Positions 1 to 11,572 are shown, counted from the stretch's first letter. The stretch: DNA of 64,000 bases from Octopus vulgaris (GCA_951406725.2 OX597818.1:116808001-116872000), one strand, 5' to 3'. Notes: generated from the sequence alone by a model not told the origin. Numbers and translations are program-made.

Positions 1-493
1 CATATTTGCCTAAACGCGTGGACTCTGATCTATCACAAGAACATACTACTGTATACGTTGCGTCTAGTAATTCCTAATCCGAATTTAAATACCTTTTGAC
101 GCTGTTTATAACATTCAATGGTACTTCTTAGATTTCAAGTCGGAATGGTTTTCAATAAAGCAGCTGCACAATGTATGCCTAAATCTATTTAGATAATGTT
201 TGTTAATATTAGTTTTTTCCGTTCAGTAATTTCTCTAAATTTAGTGTTCTTTAACATTTATATGTGATCCGCCATTGTTCTCGTAATTGCATACGGTCCT
301 TCTCCTCTCTAATAAGATTTTCGGTCCAGTTTTATTTATTGTTATTATCTGATGCTTCCTCTTTATGGTTAAGAGATAGGCATCTCATATATCTCATCTG
401 ATATAGATCAAACATTCCTATTGTTAAAAGTTCAAGTTCATAATTGAGTCGGTGTTAGCTCGGAAATATATCTTATAGTGGGTTTGTGTGACG

Positions 494-660
494 CAGGAGT
501 GGCTGTGTGCTAAGTAGCTTGCTTACTAACCACATGATTCCAGGTTCAGTCCTACTGCGCGGTACATTGGACAAGTGTCTTCTTCTATAGCTTCCGGCCG
601 ACCAAAGCCTTGTGAATAAATTTAGTAGACGGAAACAGAAAGAAGCCCGTCGTATATATA
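494..660 (+). mobile_element. tRNA-derived SINE (CORE-like family), 5' half
   Basis: A/B-box-like head (TGGCTGTGTGCTAAG...GGTTCAGTCC), TTGGACAAGTGTCTTC core, then microsatellite. Many copies in the window. Confidence 0.75.
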
Positions 661-750
661 TATATATGCATACATACATACATACATACATACATACATA
701 CATACATACATACATGCATGCATGCATACATACATACATACATACATACA

Positions 751-781
<31 letters not shown>

Positions 782-794
782 TTATATATATATA

Positions 795-1270
795 TCTAAT
801 ATAGGATAAACATTTTCGAAAAAATGTTTATCAATGGCCAGCATATTAGAAAAATACCTTTAAAGGTTAAATTTCATAAACAACCTAAAAACAAGGGCAA
901 AAGAAAAAATTCTAATGCCAAATATGCCGAAATATAGACTTATTCGCCAATAACCATTGAATTTCTATTTTGGATGTATTTGGGGTACTTAAGTGTACAC
1001 ATGACTTTGTGTTTACTTCTTCCATGGGTGCAAGTAAGTATCTTATTTATTTCCTTATCGTATTTATCACTGATGACGAGAAAATTCTAAATGAATTAAC
1101 TCAGAAATTGGGACCGATCCGATAATAACGAAATTTTTTTAGAAATTTATATCGGCTTGCTTTCAAGACACGTGCTTATAGTGATAAATTATATGGTTAT
1201 TGACGAATAAGTCTATATTTCGGCATATTTGGCATTAGAATTTTTTCTTTTGCCCTTGTTTATAAGTTGT
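795..1270. mobile_element. Non-autonomous foldback element with hammerhead (PLE-derived), family A
   Basis: Inverted arms 881-957 and 1193-1269, flanked by (TA)n. Homologous to 15447-15748. Confidence 0.7.
1064..1125 (+). ncRNA. Type I hammerhead motif inside a foldback element
   Basis: TTATCA|CTGATGA|C-GAG..AATTC-TAAAT-GAATT..CTC-A|GAA|ATTGG-GA-CCGAT|C|CGATAA. Confidence 0.65.
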
Positions 1271-1361
1271 ATGTATATATATATATATAAAAATGTGTTG
1301 TTGAAAACGCACTTAAATTTCAAAAGCTCGTAAATGATTAAAATGCATTTATTTACATATA

Positions 1362-1403
1362 TACCAAACTAGTTTCAACACTATTTTTTCTTTATCAATA
1401 GTA
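1362..1403 (-). ncRNA. Minimal hammerhead motif, U3:A8 variant, stem II decayed
   Basis: Minus strand TACTA|TTGATAA|AGAAAAAATAGTGTT|GAA|ACTAGT|T|TGGTA. Confidence 0.5.
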
Positions 1404-1431
1404 AAAGTGTAAAATTAAAACATTGTTATAA

Positions 1432-1525
1432 GTTTCAATGTTGACAAATCAAAATGTTCCAATGTTGGCAAACCGAAATGTTTCAATGTTGTTAAATTAA
1501 ACTGTTTCAATGTTGATAAAATATC
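1432..1525. repeat. About 24-bp minisatellite, 4 copies
   Basis: GTTTCAATGTTG core repeated. Confidence 0.7.
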
Positions 1526-1724
1526 ATGTTCAAAACAGGTGTAAGTTTGAAATTAAAACTGAATATCAATTTGTTAGAATGTACAAGATTCATTAATTTC
1601 AGTGGTGGTCGACAAGTCACACTGAAAAAAAAAAACAGTGTAAGAATTGAAGTAGTAGAAAAAGGGGGAAATTACGGTTTCTCAGATCTTTAAACAGTCG
1701 CTTCCGATTGCAAGCAGAGGGGTA

Positions 1725-1850
1725 TATTTCATCACGAACATGTGAATTTTGGAAGAGGGGCCTTCCAAGTCTACCAGATAGATGGAAGAGCATAGTAGAA
1801 AATTAAGAAGAGTATATTTTATATTAAAGAAGTTTGTTTGTCTTAATTTT
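1725..1850 (+). pseudogene. mariner 3' fragment
   Basis: Homologous to 48195-48325 (AAGTCTACCAGATAGATGGAAGAGCAT). Confidence 0.7.
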
Positions 1851-2845
1851 GAATAATAAAAGAAGCATAAAAAACCACATTATTGATTTGATGACCCAAA
1901 TATATTCTGTCACTCAATATAGAGTATAATAACTCATCTGAAGCTGAGCCACTTATCAAAATATATTAAATAATTTAGAGTTGTAATAATATCTTGTGAA
2001 AGTGGAACATAAATCGAACAATCTCTAATATAAAATGTGTGTTTTGTTAGTCTGAATTCTTTGTGTGTCTATCAATGGATAAATGATAGAGGCCAGGAAA
2101 GCGAGGGGCATAGAGAGGGATGTAGAAGAGAGAGAGAGAGAGAGAGAGATTTCAGAAAATTAAATAATGTAAGAATCTATAATTATCTTCTCTACTTGTT
2201 TATAACACTGAATATTTACTAACACTGAATATTTCTCACTGCAAGATTTAATACTTGTGTTTCCAAGCTGCATTTAATTTAGCTGGAAAAAAACCGGTTG
2301 CATATCACTCATATCAATATTGAACTATGTTTGTTTACTATTGCTAATTATTCCCGCAAATATTTTATCTTCATAAAAACACAGCATAATTAGATGAATA
2401 TTATTTCAGAAAGACTCTAGTTTTATAATAATTATAAATTCATTTTGTTATAGGATTAATACTGTTATTTTATAACATTGTTGACTGTTTTCCTATTTTG
2501 TATTGACAGTATTCATATTGTTGGATCTGCATGAAATATCTTTTAGCATCATCTTTGGTGAATATAAATAGCCGATGGCTTCGTTGTTGATAAAAACTGA
2601 CGAGTCAAACTTCACAGAAAAATCTTTGGCTTGATTTATACAATATGTTGGAAAATAATATTCGAAGAACAAACAAGGAAGAAAAATATACACGCATATA
2701 GAAATGGGAAAGAGAGAATAAAAATAATTTTAACACGGGCAAAAGTAGACAAAGAGAGCATTTATGGTAAGAAATGCAAAAGCTATATGAAGAAAACTTT
2801 CTTTTCAATTCTGAAAATAGTATTAGTAAAATAGTATTTGTAATT

Positions 2846-3712
2846 CATTTATCGACTCCGAAAGTATGAAAGGCAAAGTCGACCTTGGCGGAATTTGAAC
2901 TCAGAACGTAAAGACAGACAAAATATCTATTTCTTTACTACCCACAAAGGGCTAAACACAGAGAGGACAAACAAGGACAGACAAACGGATTAAGTTGATT
3001 ACATCGACTCCAGTGCGTAACTGGTACTTATTTAATCAACCCTGAAAGGATGAAAGGCAAAGTCGAACTCGGCGGAATTTGAACTCAGAACGTAGCGGCA
3101 GACGAAATACCTATTTCTTTATTACCCACAAGGGGCTAAACACAGAGGGGACAAAGAAGGACAGACATAGGTATTAAGTCGATTACCTCTACCCCAGGTA
3201 CTTAACTGGTACTTAATTTATCGACCCCGAAAGGATGAAAGGCAAAGTCGACCTCGGCGGAATTTGAACTCAGAACGTAGCGGCAGACGAAATACCTATT
3301 TCTTTATTACCCACAAGGGGCTAAACACAGAGGGGACAAAGAAGGACAGACATAGGTATTAAGTCGATTACCTCGACCCCAGGTACTTAACTGGTACTTA
3401 ATTTATCGACCCCGAAAGGATGAAAGGCAAAGTCGACCTCGGCGGAATTTGAACTCAGAACGTAGCGGCAGACGAAATACCTATTTCTTTATTACCCACA
3501 AGGGGCTAAACACAGAGGGGACAAAGAAGGACAGACATAGGTATTAAGTCGATTACCTCGACCCCAGGTACTTAACTGGTACTTAATTTATCGACCCCGA
3601 AAGGATGAAAGGCAAAGTCGACCTCGGCGGAATTTGAACTCACAACGTAACGCAGACGAAATACCGCTAAGCATTTCGCCCGGCATGCTAAAGATTCTGC
3701 CAGCTCCCGCCT
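2846..3712 (-). mobile_element. Concatemer of a Nin-domain-like tRNA SINE (185-bp period)
   Basis: GACGAAATAC recurs at 3101, 3286, 3471 and 3655. Minus strand has B-box GAGTTCAAATTCC and GCCTTTCATCCTTTCGGGGTCGATAAA. Confidence 0.8.
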
Positions 3713-4381
3713 TTTGCTTTAGAATAATAACATATATTTAATATGCGTATAAAATCTACCGAAAGAATTTAGAAATCTTTCTCTCGTCTGAAACGAAGGG
3801 TGAATATACTACCCCATTCTGTGCTCCGCTCATTTCTTTCTCATGTTTGTTCTTACGCTTTCCCTCGCCATGTAAAATACTTTATGTATATATGTAAGAG
3901 TAATTCTTCTAACCACATTTATCGAATGGTATTTGTTATAACACATCGTCTCAAGTCAACAGACGCTATAAGAAAAGAAAAGGAAATTACACGCTGTGAA
4001 CATAATCGAAAGCCCATAGCAATATCAGGATATTGAACAGCACCTCTAGGCAGGAAATATGTCTGTATTGATCATGTAAATAAGTCAGGCGCTTTCGAAT
4101 CAACTGAGAATCAGATATGCTTGCGCCTTAAGCTACGAGCATGTTAAGAACTGCAAGTAAATCACGAAGAATGTATATATATACATGTATTTAAAGGTAA
4201 TACGGGTAGATATTTTCTCTATGGATTCATAACCAAACTAGTGGTAATTCCATATATCGAATTTCTCTATAACACTTTTCGGTCACCGGTTACCCACTAT
4301 TTAAGGTCAACTTGTGCTTTGTGTGGATTTTGGACAGAAACTGAAAGAAGCGCGTCGTGTGCGTCTGTATATGTATGTATG

Positions 4382-5711
4382 ACCCACCATCGACCCTATC
4401 CCATCATCCACTCCTTCACCTGCACCTCCAGCAATATTATCTATTGCATCTCTTGCTCCCTCTGCAATTCCTTGTACATCGGACAAACGGGACGCCGCTT
4501 GGCTGACCGGTTCGCGGAACACCTTCGTGACATCCACCTTGCGAACGACACACCGGTCTCACGCCATTTCCGCTCCACCGGTCACTCCTTGCAACACCTA
4601 TCTGTGTTCGGTTTGTCCTTACACAGAGGCCATCCGGATTCCCGTTTGCGCCGTGAACAGGAATTAATCTTCTCTCTTCGCTCTTATACGCCATTTGGTC
4701 TCAACTCTCCCCCCTCCTCATCTAACCCCCTCTCCCCCCTCCTCACCTATCCTTTCTCCCCCGACCCCTACTTCTTCAGTCCTTCATCCTTTCACCCCTA
4801 CTCCCCTTCCCTTCTTCCCTCTTTCTCCCTCCCTCTTCCCCTTCCCTCTGCTCCCTCACTCCCTCTCTCCCCTTCTCTCTCCCCCTCTCCCTCTTTCCTC
4901 CTTCATCCCCCTCATCCCCTTCCTTCTCCCCATCCTCTCCTCTCCCCCTTCTCCTCCCCCTCTTCTTCCCATCCCCTTCTCTCCCCCTCTTCTCCCCTCC
5001 CCTCTTCTCCTCACTACACCACATGACTTTACACATCACATCACATATGATGTGCCATACTAATACACACACCAGCTAATACATACTAATACGTACTAAT
5101 ACATACTAGTACATACTAATACTTACACCAACCCTATACATACACACGTCCAGACCCGCATACGCACTTATATACTCTCTCACACACACACACAGACACC
5201 TATACATACCAAAACGTACTAATACATACTAATACATACTAATACATACACCAACCCCATACATACGCACGTCCAGACCAATCTTACGCACTAATACTCT
5301 CTCATACACACACACACACACACACACACATCCTTATACATACTAATACATACACCAACCCTATACATACACACATCCAGACCCCTCCCACGCACTTTTA
5401 GCTGGTCCCTCAACCCTTTTATCAACCCTATTATCTCCCCTTATTTCGCTCTCGCGTCTCATGTTTGATCTTTGACCTCTGGCCGAAATCAGATCGCCAT
5501 GTTGATTCGTTAGCTACTGCACGCATGTTTTTTCTCTCCTTCTTTCTGTGTTTTTCTCTCTCTGTGTATCTTTCTGTTGAAGAGCGTAGGCTCGAAACGT
5601 TAAAGACTTGTTTTATTTATATTTCCTGAGCGCCATACTAATACAATTGTTCGTTTGTTTTCCACCTGCCTTCGTCTTTTGTTTATTTTCATAAAGCCTC
5701 CCGTTATATAT
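4382..5711 (+). repeat. 5' pseudo-LTR (duplicate of GIY-YIG region plus 3' UTR)
   Basis: Matches 8891-10220. Visible differences are mostly homopolymer or microsatellite length. Confidence 0.95.
5569..5606 (+). ncRNA. Minimal type I hammerhead ribozyme motif (A6U core variant), 5' pLTR
   Basis: TCTTT|CTGTTGA|A|GAGC-GTAG-GCTC|GAA|ACGT|T|AAAGA: stem I, stem II and palindromic stem III all present. Confidence 0.75.
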
Positions 5712-6589
5712 TATGCGCTCACGTGGTCTCACTTTCATCCTATATTCTACCAATACCACTATCAACACTTACCTCTACCTTGGATTTTCTTTACCTCTTG
5801 GATACTTACCATTGGCTGCACCTCTCTTTCGCGGATCAAAGTGACTTTGCATTGATGTGAAATCCTTAAAAAATATACCACGACGTCTACACATTTCTCA
5901 CCTTGAACTTTCAACCTTGAACTTGTTCGCATAAACTGTCCCGTTTGTTGTATTTTTATTTTCTCTTATATTACCACTTTTTTTACATTCATTTCATGCT
6001 TCCCACATTTTCCTGAATTTTTGTTCTCCTTTCCGTCTTTCTTCCCTCTCTGGATGTCCATACTCCGTTTCCTCTGCCTGCACCCCCTTTTTTTGCCTCC
6101 CCCTCTCTCTGCTTCCCTTCTTTCTTTCCCTTTTCCGTTTGCCCCGTCTTTTCTGCCCCTATCGCTTACTTATCTAGTTTTTTCATACGATTATTATTTT
6201 TTTGTTTTTTTGAACGTTTGTTTTTTCCCCTTTTTTTCGCTATCCTTTTTTTCTATTTTTTTCATACGATAATTTTTGTTTTTTGTTTTTTTGGTTTTTC
6301 GAACGTTTTTTTTCCGCTATCCCATCATGCCGGATCCTAGGTCCTACCTCCTCACCCTCCATCACCGTTTGAAGGATCATCTACGTTCGCTTCCTGTATA
6401 TTGCCTTCAGCCGTCCGTTAATCTCTCTCTACTTCTTTTTAAAAAACCCGCTTCTCTAGCCATGTCTCTTTCCTAAGCCGCTGCCTACATCACCGACTCA
6501 TCCCTAAAGGTTTCCGCCTCCACTTCCACCCTGCTCTCCACTCGGATTCTTCCATCTTACCCATACTCCGCACCACATCTTACCGCCTT

Positions 6590-9500
6590 ATGCGGGCCAC
6601 CATTCGCTCCAATCTCTCCAAACTACATGCCATCAACCGCCTTCTTCCTCCTGCTTTCTCCACCTTCTTCTCCTCTCTGCCGCCTCTCTATGCTCCAAAC
6701 ACGCTACGCTTCATTATCCATTTGAATCAACTCTTCCATCAATTTCTTTCTGATACCAAACTTCGTAAACTCCAATCACTCTTCCATTCCACCCTACCCG
6801 ACGCCACTACCCCAACTCCTCCACCACCCTTCTCCCCTCCCGATAGGCTCCATCCACCCACACCTAACCCCACTGCCCCTCCCTACAACCCCTTCTCCCC
6901 TCCCGTTAGGCTCCATCCACCTACACCTAACCCTACTGCCCCGCCCAACCACCCCCCACACACCTCTCCAATCCCTCCCCCTCAGACCTCCACGAGACCT
7001 ACCACCCCTCCTACTTCTATTCCATCCACCCCTTCTCCACTTCCGTCTGTTGTTACCATTCCCCCCGATCTTCCCCTCTCTGCGGCTGAACGCTCCGTCC
7101 TTGGTAGGGGTCTGCGTTTCATCCCCCTCACTCCATCCTGTAAGGAATTCCAGACGCGAGTTGATGTCCACAGCTTTGTGCGCCGTGTCCGGTTGGGTGC
7201 GCATTACCACGACTCGCCACCCACACCCAACGAAGAGGACGACTGCTTCACTGGCCTGGGCCGCCGACCATCCCCGTGGACGCCTGCCCCTGGCCAGATC
7301 CTAGCAGTGGATCTTTTCGCGGGCGCTTGTCAGCGTGCATTGGAGCGGTTCAACTTCTCCAGGCGCCAACGCCGCCTCAACATCTCCCCGGCTGAGCTCT
7401 TGGCTCTTCGTTCCCTCCAACGGCGCGCTGACATTATCATCAAACCGGCTGACAAGGGTGGAGCTGTAGTGGTGTGGCGCGCGGACCTCTATAGGGCCGA
7501 GGCTTTCCGCCAACTCAATGACACCTCCTTCTATTCCCCTCTGCCCTCTAACCCCACACGTAGCTACCAACAGACGGTATCCTCTACTGTCCAAGACCTC
7601 ATCTCGTCCTCCCGTCTCCCCCGCACCGCATCCAACCTAATTGTGCGAACCCCACGTACCCCCACCATTTACTTCCTCCCCAAAATCCACAAACCCAACA
7701 ACCCTGGCCGCCCCATCGTCTCCGCCTGTAACTGCCCCACGGAGCTCATCTCTAAATACCTCGACCGTGTCCTTGCCCCCCTAGTGGCATCTCTTCCCTC
7801 CCACATCCACGATACCAACCATGCTCTCCGGCTTTTCAACTCTTTCTCCTTTCCTCCCGGCTCCTCCAAAATCCTTTTTACTATGGACATCCAAAGCCTC
7901 TATACTGTTATCCCTCACCACGAAGGACTGCAGGCCCTTCGACACTTTCTTGACCTCCGCTCTAACCCTGTACCTGACACCTCCACACTCATTCGTCTGG
8001 CCGAACTTGTCCTTACTCTGAACTGCTTCTCGTTCGCGGGCGAGTTCTACCATCAAGTCTCGGGAGTGGCCATGGGAACGCGAATGGGCCCCAACTATGC
8101 GAACCTGTTCGTTGGCTATGTTGAGGCCCAAATATTCTCTAATTTCACTGGTCCCACTCCTGAACTATATGGTCGTTATATTGACGACATTATCGGTGCC
8201 ACCTCACTCTCCCGCGAACATCTAGATTCCTTCCTCTCTTTCGTCCAATCTTTCCATCCAGCCCTCCACTTCACTTCCACTATCTCCAACACCTCTGTCT
8301 CCTTCCTCGACATTTCGGTTAGCATTCTTCACTCCACTCTTACCACCTCCATTCACTACAAACACACAGACTCACACTCATACCTCAACTTCTCTTCCTC
8401 CCACCCAGAACACACCAAGCTTTCCATCCCCTATTCCCAATTCCTCCGTCTACGTAGGCTCTGTAGTGACGACCATGACTTTGAGACTCAGTCTCAACGT
8501 ATGGCTCACCACTTCACCCTACGTGGATACCCCCTCACCACTATCCACACCGCCCTTGCCAGAGCACGGTCCGTGGACCGTGTATCTGCTCTCTCTCCCC
8601 GAACCCGCCCTGTAGTCTCCCGCCTCCCTTTTCCCCTCACTTACCACCCCACGACCCTACGTCTCCAACGCACCATTCTTCGAGCTTTCCGTCATCTCCA
8701 GTCCGACCCGTCCACTTCACACCTCTTCCCTAACCGACCCCTCCCCTCTTTCAAACGAGCCCACAACCTTCGAGACCTTTTGGTCCATAGCTCCTTCCCT
8801 GACCCTACCTCCCAACCCGGCTCGTTCCCCTGCTCCCGCCCACGTTGCCGCACTTGCCCTTACCTCTCCAACACCACCCGCCTCACTAGCACCCACCATC
8901 GACCCTATCCCATCATCCACTCCTTCACCTGCACCTCCAGCAATATTATCTATTGCATCTCTTGCTCTCTCTGCAATTCCTTGTACATCGGACAAACGGG
9001 ACGCCGCTTGGCTGACCGGTTCGCGGAACACCTTCGTGACATCCACCTTGCGAACGACACACCGGTCTCACGCCATTTCCGCTCCACCGGTCACTCCTTG
9101 CAACACCTATCTGTGTTCGGTTTGTCCTTACACAGAGGCCATCCGGATTCCCGTTTGCGCCGTGAACAGGAATTAATCTTCTCTCTTCGCTCTTATACGC
9201 CATTTGGTCTCAACTCTCCCCCCTCCTCATCTAACCCCCTCTCCCCCTCCTCACCTATCCTTTCTCCCCCCGACCCCTACTTCTTCAGTCCTTCATCCTT
9301 TCACCCCTACTCCCCTTCCCTTCTTCCCTCTTTCTCCCTCCCTCTTCCCCTTCCCTCTGCTCCCTCACTCCCTCTCTCCCCTTCTCTCTCCCCCTCTCCC
9401 TCTTTCCTCCTTCATCCCCCTCATCCCCTTCCTTCTCCCCCATCCTCTCCTCTCTCCCCCTTCTCCTCCCCCTCTTCTTCCCTCCCCTTCTCTCCCCCTC

Positions 9501-9592
9501 TTCTCCCCCTCCCCCTCTTCTCCTCACTACACCACATGACTTTACACATCACATCACATATGATGTGCCATACTAATACACACACCAACTAA
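6590..9592 (+). CDS. PLE polyprotein: reverse transcriptase, CxxxxCxxC linker, GIY-YIG endonuclease (true start probably ATG 6327 across a 1-nt frameshift at 6441-6446)
   Basis: RT motifs IKPADKGGAVVV, YFLPKIHK..PGRPIVS, TMDIQSLYT, GVAMGTRMGPNYANLF, YGRYIDDI, SFLD. Linker CSRPRCRTC. Endonuclease NIIYCISCSLCNSLYIGQTGRRLADRFAEH...HF...H, ending PFGLN. Confidence 0.95.
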   Translation: MRATIRSNLSKLHAINRLLPPAFSTFFSSLPPLYAPNTLRFIIHLNQLFHQFLSDTKLRKLQSLFHSTLPDATTPTPPPPFSPPDRLHPPTPNPTAPPYNPFSPPVRLHPPTPNPTAPPNHPPHTSPIPPPQTSTRPTTPPTSIPSTPSPLPSVVTIPPDLPLSAAERSVLGRGLRFIPLTPSCKEFQTRVDVHSFVRRVRLGAHYHDSPPTPNEEDDCFTGLGRRPSPWTPAPGQILAVDLFAGACQRALERFNFSRRQRRLNISPAELLALRSLQRRADIIIKPADKGGAVVVWRADLYRAEAFRQLNDTSFYSPLPSNPTRSYQQTVSSTVQDLISSSRLPRTASNLIVRTPRTPTIYFLPKIHKPNNPGRPIVSACNCPTELISKYLDRVLAPLVASLPSHIHDTNHALRLFNSFSFPPGSSKILFTMDIQSLYTVIPHHEGLQALRHFLDLRSNPVPDTSTLIRLAELVLTLNCFSFAGEFYHQVSGVAMGTRMGPNYANLFVGYVEAQIFSNFTGPTPELYGRYIDDIIGATSLSREHLDSFLSFVQSFHPALHFTSTISNTSVSFLDISVSILHSTLTTSIHYKHTDSHSYLNFSSSHPEHTKLSIPYSQFLRLRRLCSDDHDFETQSQRMAHHFTLRGYPLTTIHTALARARSVDRVSALSPRTRPVVSRLPFPLTYHPTTLRLQRTILRAFRHLQSDPSTSHLFPNRPLPSFKRAHNLRDLLVHSSFPDPTSQPGSFPCSRPRCRTCPYLSNTTRLTSTHHRPYPIIHSFTCTSSNIIYCISCSLCNSLYIGQTGRRLADRFAEHLRDIHLANDTPVSRHFRSTGHSLQHLSVFGLSLHRGHPDSRLRREQELIFSLRSYTPFGLNSPPSSSNPLSPSSPILSPPDPYFFSPSSFHPYSPSLLPSFSLPLPLPSAPSLPLSPSLSPSPSFLLHPPHPLPSPPSSPLSPFSSPSSSLPFSPPLLPLPLFSSLHHMTLHITSHMMCHTNTHTN

Positions 9593-10076
9593 TACATACT
9601 AATACGTACTAATACATACTAGTACATACTAATACTTACACCAACCCTATACATACACACGTCCAGACCCGCATACGCACTTATATACTCTCTCACACAC
9701 ACACACACACCTATACATACCAATACGTACTAATACATACTAATACATACTAATACATACACCAACCCCATACATACGCACGTCCAGACCAATCTTACGC
9801 ACTAATACTCTCTCATACACACACACACACACACACACATCCTTATACATACTAATACATACACCAACCCTATACATACACACATCCAGACCCCTCCCAC
9901 GCACTTTTAGCTGGTCCCTCAACCCTTTTATCAACCCTATTATCTCCCCTTATTTCGCTCTCGCGTCTCATGTTTGATCTTTGACCTCTGGCCGAAATCA
10001 GATCGCCATGTTGATTCGTTAGCTACTGCACGCATTTTTTTCTCTCCTTCTTTCTGTGTTTTTCTCTCTCTGTGTA

Positions 10077-10114
10077 TCTTTCTGTTGAAGAGCGTAGGCT
10101 CGAAACGTTAAAGA
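10077..10114 (+). ncRNA. Minimal type I hammerhead ribozyme motif (A6U core variant), 3' pLTR
   Basis: Identical to 5569-5606. Confidence 0.75.
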
Positions 10115-10212
10115 CTTGTTTTATTTATATTTCCTGAGCGCCATACTAATACAATTGTTCGTTTGTTTTCCACCTGCCTTCGTCTTTTGTTTATTTTCAT
10201 AAAGCCTTCCCG

Positions 10213-10338
<126 letters not shown>

Positions 10339-10440
10339 GTATATATATATACATACCTATATATATATATGTATATATATATATATACATACATATATAT
10401 ATATATATGTATGTATATATATATATATGTATGTATATAT

Positions 10441-10471
<31 letters not shown>

Positions 10472-11149
10472 GAAATATATACAAGTATATATATATATAT
10501 ATATATATACACAAGTATATATATATACGTATGTGTGTGTGTGTGTTATACTATTCTCTATTCTACTAGATTAATTATGATTTCTGCGAATGAATGGGAC
10601 AAATATGTAGGTTTCCAGTCTTGCCAATGTGTATATCGAATATTTTCGGTCTTTTTACGGACATTGACATACCGACTTTTGTGTTGTGGATGACTCGATT
10701 TCCATTCTGCTTTTAAACTTTACCAGATAATACTTAATATGGAGCAGGTAATAGAGTGTAATGACTTTTTAATATTATTTCGTGAATCTGATTTTCCTGT
10801 TAATATGTTATATTTCGAAGCGTTGAAAGTCGAGAGTGGTATGCTGTTTTCAAGGTATCATGGTGTATTTGCAAAATAAATATTCAATACTAAATCATGA
10901 ATTATTTATTTAAACTTTATACCTGTGCAGAAATGTTTTGTAACAATATATTCCTTGCTATTTTCCGAGATATATATTCATGCGATCCGGAGTTTTCTAA
11001 GAATACAACATTTTGGTATGAATTAAACATAGAGCAGAAAAAAATGGTATTACGAAGACGTTGTTGCTAATACGATATGGAAAAAAATAAAATTATGAAA
11101 ATATGATACTTCCTTGAATACGAGGAACGGCTAAGTTCATGTTTACACA

Positions 11150-11378
11150 CGTTTGGCCAAAATTCACCAGACAGTAATTCAAAACGATTTAATTCCAAGA
11201 CTTATTTATGTTTAACAACTGAATGAATTAAATAAAAGTATTTACATATGAAACATCATGAAAATTGTTGAAACTTAAGTCCTTCTTGAGTGACACATTT
11301 TTTCCCATTCGAGTCAATCCAGAATTACAGTATTGATGGAATTTTAATTTACTGTCGGGTGACTTTTGGCCAAATCTG
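11150..11378. mobile_element. MITE (Tc1/mariner-like TIRs)
   Basis: TIRs TTGGCCAAAATTCACCAGACAGTAA and TTACTGTCGGGTGACTTTTGGCCAA. Inverted second copy at 19003-19236. Confidence 0.75.
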
Positions 11379-11419
11379 TTTAAGTAGGCGTGGTTATGTG
11401 TTGAGTCTGTTCAATTGCA

Positions 11420-11572
11420 TATATACGACGGGCTTCTTTCAGTTTCCATCTACGAAATCCATTCACAAGGCATCGGTCAACCCGAGGCTATAGTAGAAGA
11501 CACTCGACCAATGTGCCCCGCTGTGGGACTGAACTGGGAACCATGAGGCCAGGGTACAAGCTTCATACCGCA
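11420..11572 (-). mobile_element. CORE-like SINE fragment
   Basis: Reverse complement of the 494-660 family. Confidence 0.7.

Noticed and set aside
473-809. Many ORFs of YI/MYVC/HT repeats here and at 10121-10693, 14026-14648, 38287-39365 and 49738-50354
   Set aside because: Translations of stop-free (TA)n, (CA)n and (CATA)n microsatellites.
2510-2770. Possible host exon (AG at 2509, GTAAG near 2767)
   Set aside because: Stops in all three plus-strand frames and no recognisable domain.
2846-3712. CRISPR-like array (also 52422-52795)
   Set aside because: Units are wholly repeated with no unique spacers, in a eukaryotic SINE context with no cas genes.
4241-5026. 261-aa ORF with a GIY-YIG domain as a separate endonuclease gene
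   Set aside because: Chance fusion of flank and SINE sequence to the 5'-truncated pseudo-LTR copy.
6436-6450. Programmed -1 frameshift
   Set aside because: In-frame codons TTT AAA AAA CCC do not give a canonical X_XXY_YYZ heptamer past the TAA at 6440; a homopolymer indel is simpler.
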